NCBI RefSeq assembly: GCF_003318295.1
Contig: NZ_QOCW01000018.1
Location: 32,047-56,046 of the forward strand
Reading direction: 5' to 3'
DNA: 24,000 nt
Source: Bacillus taeanensis
GTDB taxonomy: Bacteria > Bacillota > Bacilli > Bacillales > UBA6769
The translations under genes and the position numbers were made by a program. Shown here piece after piece: positions 15,573 to 24,000 of this stretch; within the stretch, counting starts at the first letter, position 1; each line of letters begins with the position of its first letter. The notes under the pieces are model-generated. The model did not search any database. It was not told the origin of the DNA and saw only the letters and a program-made list of their open reading frames with translations.

Positions 15573-16004
15573 TTATACTCTTTCCCTTACTTTCTTCAAA
15601 AGTCTAACTAAAGTCTCTAATTCATCACTATTTAACGAATCAAAAGTATAATCGACAAACTCTTCGTGTTCCGGCATAATTTTCTTCATTAATTCCATTC
15701 CATCTTCAGTTAATGCTGCATGTATTACCCGCCTGTCTTTAGGACAAGCATGTCTTTTTAATAGAGATTTCTGTTCTAATTTATCAATAATATATGTCAT
15801 GGAACCACTTGATATTAGTATGCTTTTTCCTATCTGTTGAATCGTTTGTTTACCTTTATGAAATAATACCTCTAGAACCGAAAATTCCGTAATCGTTAAG
15901 TGATTTCGAGTCATATCTTCCCTTATTCGTTCTTGTATAGCTCTAGACGTTTGCATGAAGACCATAAATGGATGGTTTGTGCATTTTCTCTCTATGTTTA
16001 CCAC
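15573..16004 (-). CDS. MarR-family repressor (MhqR-like)
   Basis: 143 aa with a winged-helix core LTITEFSVLEVLFHKGKQTIQQIGKSILISSGSMTYIIDKLEQKSLLKR. The start codon is uncertain because the GTG at 16004 overlaps a GAGGTGG. Confidence 0.78.
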   Translation of the reverse strand: MVNIERKCTNHPFMVFMQTSRAIQERIREDMTRNHLTITEFSVLEVLFHKGKQTIQQIGKSILISSGSMTYIIDKLEQKSLLKRHACPKDRRVIHAALTEDGMELMKKIMPEHEEFVDYTFDSLNSDELETLVRLLKKVRERV

Positions 16005-16029
16005 CTCTAGAAATTATCTTTAATTAAAA

Positions 16030-16047
16030 TATCTTGAATATGAGATA
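16030..16047. promoter_or_regulatory. imperfect copy of the same palindrome upstream of the MarR gene (autoregulation site)
   Basis: TATCTTGAATATGAGATA. It shares the TATCT...AGATA arms with the 15534-15553 site. Confidence 0.45.
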
Positions 16048-16249
16048 ATAGTAATACATTCAATCCTTCATGTCAATAACATTTTTTAGTTTTCTAAATA
16101 AACATACGGCCGCAGCCTACATTCATTTACAGATTTTCCGAACGAGAAAGCTCACCGCCTTTAGGAAAGGGAGAGATAGCCTCAAACCCTTACCTATCCA
16201 TATCAAAGACTTCTTCCCATTTCTTAAATAACGAACACTTTAACACGTG

Positions 16250-17113
16250 TTAGATAACTCTATTTTTCATTTTCTTCTCATTGCCGTTTACAAAATTTCT
16301 GATATATTCAAGCTGCTCTTCATTTGGTATTGTCTTCCGTTCCCCTTTAAATCTGGCAACTGCTTGATCAAAAGAAATGCTGTCACTAACAATCTTCCCG
16401 ATAAAAGTTAGCTCATCAAAAAAACGCCACATTTGTTCTTTTGTTTGCGGATCCTGATGTCCTGTCACATAATAATTCACATCATATTTTTTAATTTTGT
16501 TAAACAAGATCGTTAACTCGTCTTTGTCATAGCTCCATTCACCACTGTAAAAGTCCTGATAGATGCAATCTCCTAGAAACATTACTTTTTCTTCTGGAAC
16601 ATAAACAATCGACGAATCACGAGCATGAACGCCTCCTACATGCTCAACTACACACGTTATTCCGCCCAAATCTATTTCTATTTTTTTATAAAATGTGAAA
16701 TCCGGTACCTTCAACTCCAAATGTTCACGTGTAGGCATTTCACGTTTGATCATATCTCTGCAAAATTCAATTTCTTCCCCTGTCTCTACACGCTCATCTA
16801 ATGAAGCATCATCCCATTTCAGCGTTTTCAGATAAGCGATTTTCTTTTTCGTTTCATGATGACTAATCGTTGATATGTCCATTGTTTTCATACCAAAAAT
16901 ATGATCCCAATGCCAGTGTGTAATCACAACAAACTTAACCGGGGCTATATCCATCTCTTCCACCTGCTTGAGAAAATCGTTGGCATGTGCAGGTGAGTTT
17001 CCTGAATCAACAATTAAGCTAAAAGTACTTCCGCAAATTAAACCTAATGCAGGACGATCTGTTTCTGAATAATGAGGCATATAATACACTTTATTTGCTA
17101 GTTTTTTCAGCAT
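16250..17113 (-). CDS. MBL-fold metallo-hydrolase
   Basis: HxHxDH motif (ITHWHWDHIFG), 287 aa. Confidence 0.8.
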   Translation of the reverse strand: MLKKLANKVYYMPHYSETDRPALGLICGSTFSLIVDSGNSPAHANDFLKQVEEMDIAPVKFVVITHWHWDHIFGMKTMDISTISHHETKKKIAYLKTLKWDDASLDERVETGEEIEFCRDMIKREMPTREHLELKVPDFTFYKKIEIDLGGITCVVEHVGGVHARDSSIVYVPEEKVMFLGDCIYQDFYSGEWSYDKDELTILFNKIKKYDVNYYVTGHQDPQTKEQMWRFFDELTFIGKIVSDSISFDQAVARFKGERKTIPNEEQLEYIRNFVNGNEKKMKNRVI

Positions 17114-17334
17114 TGAAAGAACCTTCCTTCATATTTTTTCAAAAATCGTTTAAACATTTATTATCCTTTTCTTATCGCATTAATTGTTAGTAATCCTTAT
17201 TAATAAAAATGCGTAATTGGTAAGGATTCATAACGTATTTTACATGCTATGATATAAGAGTACTCCAAGGAAAGGCACAACACGAAACTTTTTTCGAGCC
17301 GTTTAGCATTTTATTAAAAGGAGTGGATAAGTTT

Positions 17335-17715
17335 ATGATTAGTAAAGTTGGTCAAATTATGTTGTATGTTACGAACCAAGATGAAGCTGTGAATTTTTGG
17401 ACAGAAAAAATGGGATTTAGCGTTATTTCAGAAGAAAATAACGGGCAAGGAATGAGATGGATTGAAGTCGCTCCAACAAAGGACGCAGACACAAGCATCA
17501 TTCTGCACAACAAAGAATTCGTTGCGAAAATGTCACCTGAATTAAATCTTGGTACACCTTCTTTAATGTTTTTCTCAAAAAATCTTGATGGATTACGGAA
17601 CGATTTAGTAAATAAAAATATTAAAGTCGGAGAAATTGTAGACATGCCTTCCGGTAGAGTATTCAACTTTGCCGATCATGAAGAAAATTATTTTGCTGTG
17701 ATGGAAAAAAATTAA
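17335..17715 (+). CDS. VOC/glyoxalase-family protein
   Basis: 126 aa single VOC module. AAAGGAG SD lies upstream of the ATG at 17335; the GTG at 17323 abuts the SD. Confidence 0.78.
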   Translation: MISKVGQIMLYVTNQDEAVNFWTEKMGFSVISEENNGQGMRWIEVAPTKDADTSIILHNKEFVAKMSPELNLGTPSLMFFSKNLDGLRNDLVNKNIKVGEIVDMPSGRVFNFADHEENYFAVMEKN

Positions 17716-18048
17716 AAGTACAATATGTTTTATATACAACGAGAGAGCAGCTTTCTCCTTTGAGACTGCTGCTCTCTTTTCACTTTCTAGACGATCATTA
17801 TTTTTTGATATTCTATTATATCTTCTCGTTTTTGAAAAATGAAAGATGCCAATTACCAAACATACCATACTTACTGCCCGAACAACTCCGGAAATACCGA
17901 TTCGAAGCCAAATTTCTTCCGATGCCATTGGGTGAAGATAATCAAACGAAATCGCTTTCAAGAAAAAAGAGATTGCAATTGAGAAAGATAGAAAATGCAG
18001 CACTGTCCACACGTATCCAGAGTGATTATTTTTATTTTTTATAACCAA
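17605..18048 (-). CDS. doubtful hypothetical membrane protein
   Basis: The N-terminal ~95 aa are hydrophobic. The rest of the ORF runs through the VOC terminator and 110 nt of the VOC gene. No clear SD. Confidence 0.25.
   Translation of the reverse strand: MVIKNKNNHSGYVWTVLHFLSFSIAISFFLKAISFDYLHPMASEEIWLRIGISGVVRAVSMVCLVIGIFHFSKTRRYNRISKNNDRLESEKRAAVSKEKAALSLYIKHIVLLIFFHHSKIIFFMIGKVEYSTGRHVYNFSDFNIFIY
17742..17781 (+). terminator. rho-independent terminator of the VOC gene
   Basis: AGAGAGCAGC (17742-17751) / GCTGCTCTCT (17768-17777), followed by TTTT. Confidence 0.6.
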
Positions 18049-18235
18049 AGTACCACTGTTTTAAAAAGCCAATTTTATGCTGCAAATTATGGTATCGTTA
18101 TTCAACTCTTCTGCCTTTTCTTCAATAAGAAAAGGCGAATACCCATGTTTAGTATTAACACCCCTTTAGCATAAGTGTTATCTTTACAATCAATATGCTA
18201 TAATTTGGAGTAAATAAAGATAGAGGTGACCACTC

Positions 18236-18706
18236 TTGGCGATACATGTTGTACTATATCAACCAGATATTCCGTCTAATACTGGAAATATTGCACGTAC
18301 CTGTGCAGCAACGGGTACAGCTTTGCATTTAATTCGACCACTTGGCTTTTCAACAGATGAAGAAATGTTAAAACGAGCAGGTATAGATTTCTGGCAATCT
18401 GTAAACATAACGTATTATGACTCATTGGATGACTTTTTTTCAAAAACACAAGGTGAGTTTTACTATATTGAGACGTTTGGTGAAAAAGCACATTCATCGT
18501 TTGATTTTAGTGATTTATCAAAGGAACATTATTTTATGTTTGGAAAAGAAACAACGGGTTTACCAAAAGATTTATTGAAAAAAAATAAAGATCACTTTTT
18601 GAGAATACCAATGAATGATAATGTTCGTTCACTGAACCTGTCGAGTACAGTTTCAATATTGGTGTATGAGGCTTTGCGCCAGCAAGGATTTCCCAATTTA
18701 CAATAA
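18236..18706 (+). CDS. trmL: tRNA (cytidine/uridine-34 2'-O)-methyltransferase TrmL (SpoU/TrmH family)
   Basis: VVLYQPDIPSNTGNIARTCAATG...LHLI.PLGF and the C-terminal knot region NLS..V.I..YEALRQ. TTG start with GAGGTGA SD 6 nt upstream. Confidence 0.85.
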   Translation: MAIHVVLYQPDIPSNTGNIARTCAATGTALHLIRPLGFSTDEEMLKRAGIDFWQSVNITYYDSLDDFFSKTQGEFYYIETFGEKAHSSFDFSDLSKEHYFMFGKETTGLPKDLLKKNKDHFLRIPMNDNVRSLNLSSTVSILVYEALRQQGFPNLQ

Positions 18707-18733
18707 AAAATCTTCCGTCTTGGAAGATTTTTT
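18705..18733. terminator. terminator after trmL
   Basis: AAAAAATCTTCC / GGAAGATTTTTT hairpin with T-run. Confidence 0.6.
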
Positions 18734-18744
18734 ATTTTATTTTC

Positions 18745-18891
18745 CATAAGAAATTTAAATTTCAAAGCGTTTTTCTCTGTACCAAACTCTTCAAAACCTA
18801 ATGAAGTGTACAGTCGTTTAGCTGATTCGTTCGTTGTAAGTATCGTTAATGTTTTTAATTTTTGTTCGTTTCCTTTTTTCATAGCTTTCAT
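18745..18891 (-). pseudogene. C-terminal fragment of a GNAT N-acetyltransferase (relic)
   Basis: ...KLKTLTILTTNESAKRLYTSLGFEEFG... resembles the beta5-alpha4 end of a GNAT fold. No motif A or N-terminal half is present. The frame then runs through the trmL terminator into trmL antisense. Confidence 0.4.
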
Positions 18892-18960
18892 TATAATATA
18901 ATTAACAAAATTATACAGATCCTTTTCGTTTCCGTATCATTAATAAAGGGAGAGATCAAA

Positions 18961-19734
18961 ATGAAAAACCAACACACCAAGGACGATTGGAATGCCAATT
19001 TATATGATCAAAGCCATTCATTTGTTTCAAAGCACGGAAATGATCTGCTTGAATTATTAGCTCCAAAAAAAGGCGAAAAAATTCTTGATCTTGGCTGCGG
19101 AACAGGCGATTTAGCGAACCAGTTACATAAACTCGGCGTTCATGTAATCGGAATTGATAAATCTGACAACATGATTTCTGAAGCGCAAAGTAAGTATCCC
19201 CATATAAAATTTATTGTTTCAGATATTACAGAATTAGAGTGGAATAACGAATTTGATGCTGTTTTTTCCAATGCCGTTCTGCACTGGGTGAAATCTCCCA
19301 AACATGCCCTCGAGAGTATTTATTATGTATTAAAAAAAGGCGGTCGATTTACGGCAGAGTTCGGCGGTAAAGGCAATGTTAGAATCATCACGAATGAAAT
19401 TATTAACCAATTCGAAAAGTTCGGGATTGACTATAAACCTGATTTATTCCCATGGTATTTTCCGAGTATCGGTGAATACGCATCGATTATGGAAAAATGC
19501 GACTTTCGAGTGATATTGGCGCAGCATTTTGATAGACCTACCCATTTAGAGAATGATTACGGATTAAGAAACTGGATTGAAATGTTTGCCGGTAGTATGT
19601 TTAGTGGTCTGTCTGAAACTATGAAAAACCGAATAATAGATCAAGTAGAAAGTAATTTAAAAGAAAACTTATATCATAACGGACGTTGGATCGCTGATTA
19701 CAAAAGAATTCGTGTGATCGGCGTTAAAGAGTAA
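18961..19734 (+). CDS. class I SAM-dependent methyltransferase (trans-aconitate methyltransferase-like)
   Basis: Motif I ILDLGCGTGDL. Start at the ATG at 18961 after AAGGGAGAG SD; the track start at 18862 lacks an RBS. Confidence 0.82.
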   Translation: MKNQHTKDDWNANLYDQSHSFVSKHGNDLLELLAPKKGEKILDLGCGTGDLANQLHKLGVHVIGIDKSDNMISEAQSKYPHIKFIVSDITELEWNNEFDAVFSNAVLHWVKSPKHALESIYYVLKKGGRFTAEFGGKGNVRIITNEIINQFEKFGIDYKPDLFPWYFPSIGEYASIMEKCDFRVILAQHFDRPTHLENDYGLRNWIEMFAGSMFSGLSETMKNRIIDQVESNLKENLYHNGRWIADYKRIRVIGVKE

Positions 19735-19741
19735 GAAAAGA

Positions 19742-19773
19742 AAGGCGCAATTCCTATTCAGGAATTGCGCCTT
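19742..19773 (+). terminator. terminator of the methyltransferase gene
   Basis: 13-bp stem AAGGCGCAATTCC / GGAATTGCGCCTT with a 6-nt loop. Confidence 0.6.
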
Positions 19774-19882
19774 ATCATGAAATAGCTTGTACAATAATTT
19801 TAAAGTTCCCGTATTTTTCTCCATCAAATCTACTCATTACTATAAGAAGCACCTACTCTTCGTAATCCTATAGTGCAAATGT

Positions 19883-20434
19883 TTAAAAAACCGGCGGCGT
19901 TACTGAAAATAGGATAACAGCAGTTTCATGAAAATTATTTTCCCATTTATGCTTCATATAGGCTGGTATTTTAACACTATCCCCTGTTTCTAATATGTAT
20001 TCTTCATCATCTAAAAACACTTTAACTTTCCCCTCTAATAGAAAAGCGACTTCTTCTCCTTTATGTTCTAATAGTTTCTCAGATGAAGATGTATGAGGCG
20101 GTACATTCATAATTGCAGCTGCCAGTGTTCCTGTAAAATCAGGGGATAATAACTCATACGATAAATTTTCAACAACCATTTTTTTGCGTTCATTTGACCT
20201 AACAACTAGATCTTCAGTATTCGTTTCTTCAAGTAAAAAACTAAAGGTAGGAACATCAAGGGCTTTTGCCAAAACCTTCAGAGTCTGAATGGAAGGATTA
20301 GCCAAACCCCGTTCAATCTGACTTAACATGGAAGGTGTTATTTCAGCTATTTTTGCTAATTCTCTACTGCTAAACCCTTTAGCTTTTCTGTATTTCTCTA
20401 CTTTCTTACCAATATCCAGTTCTCCCATCATCAT
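19883..20434 (-). CDS. XRE-family HTH regulator with C-terminal cupin sensor domain
   Basis: HTH FSSRELAKIAEITPSMLSQIERGLANPSIQTLKVLAKAL plus a cupin-like C-terminus (GEEVAFLLEG...GDSVKIPAYMKHKWEN). Divergent from the LysE/dsdA genes. Confidence 0.8.
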   Translation of the reverse strand: MMMGELDIGKKVEKYRKAKGFSSRELAKIAEITPSMLSQIERGLANPSIQTLKVLAKALDVPTFSFLLEETNTEDLVVRSNERKKMVVENLSYELLSPDFTGTLAAAIMNVPPHTSSSEKLLEHKGEEVAFLLEGKVKVFLDDEEYILETGDSVKIPAYMKHKWENNFHETAVILFSVTPPVF

Positions 20435-20577
20435 ACTCCTTTTAAATAAAATTTAAAATCATTTAATTTTATTAAATATAAATAAACATTTATTTAAACT
20501 TGTGTTAAACTACATTTAATATTAGTTAATTATATTTTACAAAGGATAACCATACAAGTCAGTAAGGAGTGAAAAAA

Positions 20578-21201
20578 ATGAATGAATTTTTTACGTTCTT
20601 CGTTCTTTCCTTATTTGTTGTAATGAGCCCTGGTATCGATACAGCACTTATTACAAAAAGAACTATTTCAGACGGAAGAAAAGATGGATATAAAATGGCT
20701 CTCGGTATTACAACCGGCTCTTTAGTGCATACTTTTGCCGCTGCTTTTGGACTTTCAGCTATTTTGATGCAGTCCGCTGTTGCTTTTGAAATTGTTAAAT
20801 ATGTTGGTGCCATTTACTTAATATATCTCGGTCTATCTTCTTTCATCTCAAGGAAAAAGAATAAAGAAAGCAGGATTGAAAAGGAAAACAATTTTGAATT
20901 GAAAAAGTCAGCCTTTAAGCAAGGTCTCTTCTCTAATGTACTCAATCCCAAAGTTGCCATGTTCTTCTTAACTTTTTTACCGCAATTTGTGAAAGCAGGA
21001 GAAAACACAGCACAACCACTTATTATCATGGGGGTTATTTACACACTGCTCTCCATTTCTTGGTTTTTTGTTTATGTCTTTTTTATTAACTATTTACGTG
21101 AATGGCTTCTATCTCCAAACGTACAAAGAATAATGGATAAAGCAACAGGTCTTGTCTTAGTTGGATTTGGATTAAAGCTATCCTTAGATAAACAACATTA
21201 A
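20578..21201 (+). CDS. LysE/RhtB-family amino-acid exporter
   Basis: SPGIDTALI motif near the N-terminus and 6 TM helices. AAGGAG SD precedes the ATG at 20578. Confidence 0.8.
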   Translation: MNEFFTFFVLSLFVVMSPGIDTALITKRTISDGRKDGYKMALGITTGSLVHTFAAAFGLSAILMQSAVAFEIVKYVGAIYLIYLGLSSFISRKKNKESRIEKENNFELKKSAFKQGLFSNVLNPKVAMFFLTFLPQFVKAGENTAQPLIIMGVIYTLLSISWFFVYVFFINYLREWLLSPNVQRIMDKATGLVLVGFGLKLSLDKQH

Positions 21202-21285
21202 AAATACTTGAAGCAGCTTGTTTGTGTTAAATTTAATTTAACTTTGCTTTGGTAGCCGTATTAAGTTAATTAGGAGGTTAACGAA

Positions 21286-22641
21286 ATGAAAGAGCTGGAA
21301 TCCATAGATCTGAAAATATTGAAAGAATACTATCCTTTACTGGAAAAACTTATTTCACTCGATGAACTATTATGGTTAAACCCGAGCCTTGAACCATTCA
21401 AAACCGGCATTAACAAGTGCCCTCTTTCTCAAAAGGATGTAAATGATGCCGAGGAAAGATTGAAACGGTTTGCGCCTTATATCGCGAAAGTTTTTCCTGA
21501 AACAGAAAAAACAAACGGCATCATCGAATCTCCTTTAGCGGAAATTCCAGCTATGAAACAATCGTTAGAACAAACTTACAATCAGCCTATTTTCGGGGAA
21601 TTACTGCTTAAGTGTGACAGCCACCTGCCGATTTCAGGATCGATTAAAGCAAGAGGCGGTATTTATGAAGTGCTCAAACATGCAGAACAATTAGCATTAA
21701 AGCATAAACTGTTAACAACTGAAGATGATTATGCGATTTTAGATAGCCAAAAATTTCGAACATTTTTTTCAAACTATTCCATTGCCGTAGGATCCACCGG
21801 AAATTTAGGTCTCAGCATCGGCATTATGAGTGCGAAGTTAGGTTTTAAAGTAACGGTTCATATGTCGGCTGATGCAAAGCAGTGGAAAAAAGATTTACTG
21901 CGAAGCAAAAATGTTCAGGTGATTGAATATGAAGCAGATTATAGTAAAGCGGTAGAAGAAGGCCGCCTGCAAGCAGAGCAGGATCCTACTTGTCATTTTA
22001 TTGATGACGAAAATTCGACTGATTTGTTTTTAGGATATGCCGTCGCAGCTTCCCGCTTACAAAAGCAATTGGAAGAGTTAGAGATTACCGTTGATGAAGA
22101 TCATCCTTTATTTGTGTACCTTCCATGCGGTGTAGGCGGTGGTCCTGGCGGGATTGCTTTTGGATTAAAGTTATTGTTTCAAGATCATGTGCACTGTTTC
22201 TTCGCTGAGCCTACCCACTCGCCGTGCATGCTGCTCGGCTTAATGACCGGCCTGCATGAGCAAATTTCCGTTCAAGATATTGGAATTGATAACATCACAG
22301 ACGCTGATGGACTTGCTGTTGGCAGACCGTCCGGATTTGTCGGTAAAACGATCGAACCGTTTTTAAGCGGCAGTTATACAGTGAGTGATGAAGAGCTTTA
22401 TAAATTATTAAAGGAACTCGCTGATACAGAAAACATTTATTTAGAACCTTCCGCACTTGCCGGTATGATTGGTTCGATCAAGTTATATAAAGAAGGCAGT
22501 GAGTACTTACAGAAGCATCTGTTAACAGAAAAAATGACGAGCGCCACACACATCGTTTGGGGCACCGGAGGCAACATGGTTCCTGAAGAAATGATGAAGC
22601 AGTATTATCAAAAAGGCTTGGATTTAATGTTAGAAGATTAA
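21286..22641 (+). CDS. dsdA: D-serine ammonia-lyase (D-serine dehydratase)
   Basis: 451 aa with PLP-lysine motif [13 protein letters not shown] and glycine loop [17 protein letters not shown] upstream. Confidence 0.9.
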   Translation: MKELESIDLKILKEYYPLLEKLISLDELLWLNPSLEPFKTGINKCPLSQKDVNDAEERLKRFAPYIAKVFPETEKTNGIIESPLAEIPAMKQSLEQTYNQPIFGELLLKCDSHLPISGSIKARGGIYEVLKHAEQLALKHKLLTTEDDYAILDSQKFRTFFSNYSIAVGSTGNLGLSIGIMSAKLGFKVTVHMSADAKQWKKDLLRSKNVQVIEYEADYSKAVEEGRLQAEQDPTCHFIDDENSTDLFLGYAVAASRLQKQLEELEITVDEDHPLFVYLPCGVGGGPGGIAFGLKLLFQDHVHCFFAEPTHSPCMLLGLMTGLHEQISVQDIGIDNITDADGLAVGRPSGFVGKTIEPFLSGSYTVSDEELYKLLKELADTENIYLEPSALAGMIGSIKLYKEGSEYLQKHLLTEKMTSATHIVWGTGGNMVPEEMMKQYYQKGLDLMLED

Positions 22642-22736
22642 ATCATTCAACACGGTGGTTCGTTAACCTTTGAAATCTCAGTTTTCATTCAGAAACCTCC
22701 ACCAGTTGTACTTAATGTTCTTAACAAGGTTTTAAG

Positions 22737-22775
22737 AAAAGGCTAATCGTTATAGCAATCGATTAGCCTTTTTTT
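22737..22775 (+). terminator. terminator of dsdA
   Basis: AGGCTAATCG / CGATTAGCCT stem followed by a T-run of about 7. Confidence 0.7.
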
Positions 22776-22982
22776 ACATAACTATTAATTTTTCCCGAAT
22801 TCTATATAATACGTTTCATGTTTTGACATATAGATTCCTATTAGCTTTTCAAAAAAACTACTTATTTCATTTTCATCTGCATTAACTCCATTTTTAAATT
22901 CTTTTAATCTATATAACTGTCATATTTTATTGATTTACTTACATATTAAATAGTCACACTGCATTTCTTTGTAAAATTGCTT

Positions 22983-23228
22983 TCAATCACTACCTGAAAT
23001 TACAAAATCATCTTCAAGTTCAGCTAATGTCATATCTGGCTTCACAACATCGCCTTCTTGAATATTTAATCTTAAAACTTTTCCACTTACGCCAATAGAA
23101 ACTTCCTCGATTTGTTCAGCTGTTCTTATAATAAACAACTTTTCCCACTCATAGACATATGCATCGGTTTTCACATAAACTTCTTCTACTTTTCCATAGC
23201 AAGGACAAAGTACTTTTTCGATGACCAT
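22983..23228 (-). CDS. small biotinyl/lipoyl-domain-like protein lacking the modifiable lysine
   Basis: 81 aa from the ATG at 23228 (AAGAGG SD). CPCYGKVEEVYVK...GVSGKVLRLNIQEGDVVKPDMTLAELE fits the barrel-sandwich hybrid pattern. The (E)AMK position reads RTAEQ. Confidence 0.55.
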   Translation of the reverse strand: MVIEKVLCPCYGKVEEVYVKTDAYVYEWEKLFIIRTAEQIEEVSIGVSGKVLRLNIQEGDVVKPDMTLAELEDDFVISGSD

Positions 23229-23260
23229 CCATATACCTCTTTTCTGCCATATAGATATTT

Positions 23261-24000
23261 TCACTTCGAAACTACTTTCTTTTCATCTAAGTCATCATCA
23301 TTATTATGTTGTGGTATAAAAGACTCTTTCTTCTTAAAACGATTTGAAATAATCGGGAAGAATAAAGCAACTAAAGCAATAAGAATAATGATTAAAGAAA
23401 TTGGACGTGTAAAGAATGAAAAGTAATCGCCATTCGTAATTAACAACTGTCTTCTAAAGTTTTCTTCCATCATCATACCAAGTACTAATCCTAAGATCAT
23501 TGCAGCAGGAGAAAATAAATATTTTTTCATAAAGAAACCGATTACACCAAAAAGAACCATAACCCACACTTGAAACAAATCATTTGCAACCGCATATGAA
23601 CCAATCACAGACAAGAGAACAATAAATGGCCCTAAAATGTAATAAGGGAGCTTTAAAATTGCTGCAAATGCTTTAACCCCAATCCGACCACCTATGAATA
23701 CGGTTACACTTGCAATTAACATTGAAAAGAAAATGCTATATAAAAGAAGCGGCTGTTCTGACATTAACTGCGGACCAGGCTGAAGACCTTGAAGTACAAG
23801 CGCCGCTAAAATAACTGCTGTTGTAGGACTCCCTGGAATTCCTAGAACTAGTGTTGGGATCATTGCACCGCCAGCAGCTGCATTATTTGATGATTCAGGG
23901 GCAATAACACCCTCTTCGGCACCTTCACCAAACTTTTTCTTATCTTTACTTGAACGCATCACTTCACCATAAGCAACAATTGAAGCAATAGAGCCGCCTG
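23261..24000 (-). CDS. tctA: tripartite tricarboxylate transporter permease TctA (C-terminal part; 5' end lies beyond the window)
   Basis: GGAMIPTLVLGIPGSPTTAVILAALVLQGLQPGP is a TctA signature. The ORF is open to the window edge. Confidence 0.82.
   Translation of the reverse strand, partial: GGSIASIVAYGEVMRSSKDKKKFGEGAEEGVIAPESSNNAAAGGAMIPTLVLGIPGSPTTAVILAALVLQGLQPGPQLMSEQPLLLYSIFFSMLIASVTVFIGGRIGVKAFAAILKLPYYILGPFIVLLSVIGSYAVANDLFQVWVMVLFGVIGFFMKKYLFSPAAMILGLVLGMMMEENFRRQLLITNGDYFSFFTRPISLIIILIALVALFFPIISNRFKKKESFIPQHNNDDDLDEKKVVSK

Noticed and set aside
17352-18497. ORFs 17352..17666 (-), 17760..18044 (+) and 18276..18497 (-)
   Set aside because: These are shadow ORFs of the VOC gene, of the doubtful membrane ORF and of trmL respectively, with no independent support.
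20559-21029. Minus-strand ORFs 20559..20813 and 20814..21029
   Set aside because: They are antisense to the LysE exporter gene.
23112-23426. 104-aa plus-strand ORF
   Set aside because: It is antisense across the tctA end and the small biotinyl-like gene. It has low-complexity F/S-rich sequence and no RBS.
1-24000. CRISPR array, cas1/cas2 or a Y1 HUH transposase (tnpA) associated with iscB
   Set aside because: I looked for regularly spaced 25-40 nt direct repeats and for ORFs with HUH/Y or Cas1/Cas2-like features, and found none. Every ORF of 60 aa or longer is otherwise assigned or is a shadow ORF.

Overview
Low-GC Firmicute (Bacillaceae-like) chromosomal segment with about 30 genes, mostly on the minus strand. 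Lineage evidence: GGAGG-type Shine-Dalgarno sites, a GerPA/GerPF-like gene, an AbrB relic, an Mhq-type quinone-detoxification operon and a yoaS-yozG-yoaT-like gene trio. Ordinary content: LysR regulator, UppP, DUF817/HTH/DUF2975 trio, Mqo, a WrbA-DoxX-esterase-flavin reductase-dioxygenase operon with a MarR (MhqR-like) repressor and palindromic operators, MBL hydrolase, VOC protein, TrmL, a SAM methyltransferase, an XRE-cupin regulator divergent from a LysE exporter plus DsdA, and the 3' end of tctA. The standout is at 5.9-7.5 kb. It is an intact 415-aa IscB-type nuclease gene: PLMP/RRXRR-like N-terminus, split RuvC with an inserted HNH, and every catalytic residue I can place is present. It is directly preceded on the same strand by a structured leader of about 230-310 nt that is GC-richer than its surroundings. 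The leader has a perfect 8-bp long-range (pseudoknot-type) pairing. I interpret it as the cognate omega-RNA (HEARO-type). This would be a stand-alone OMEGA RNA-guided nuclease locus (Cas9 ancestor), with no CRISPR array, no cas1/cas2 and no tnpA in the window. AT-rich hairpins sharing the motif ATAAAACCA sit at both sides of the gene, suggesting a non-autonomous IS200/IS605-like element of about 1.6 kb. Its exact ends, and therefore the guide, cannot be fixed from one copy. Secondary observations: an N-terminally truncated, stop-interrupted abrB-like relic behind a near-consensus promoter; a 27-nt inverted repeat flanking mqo; about 1 kb and 0.8 kb gene-poor stretches around mqo; a GNAT relic; and several unannotated small membrane ORFs. 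All calls come from reading the sequence and from remembered family motifs. No database search was run.
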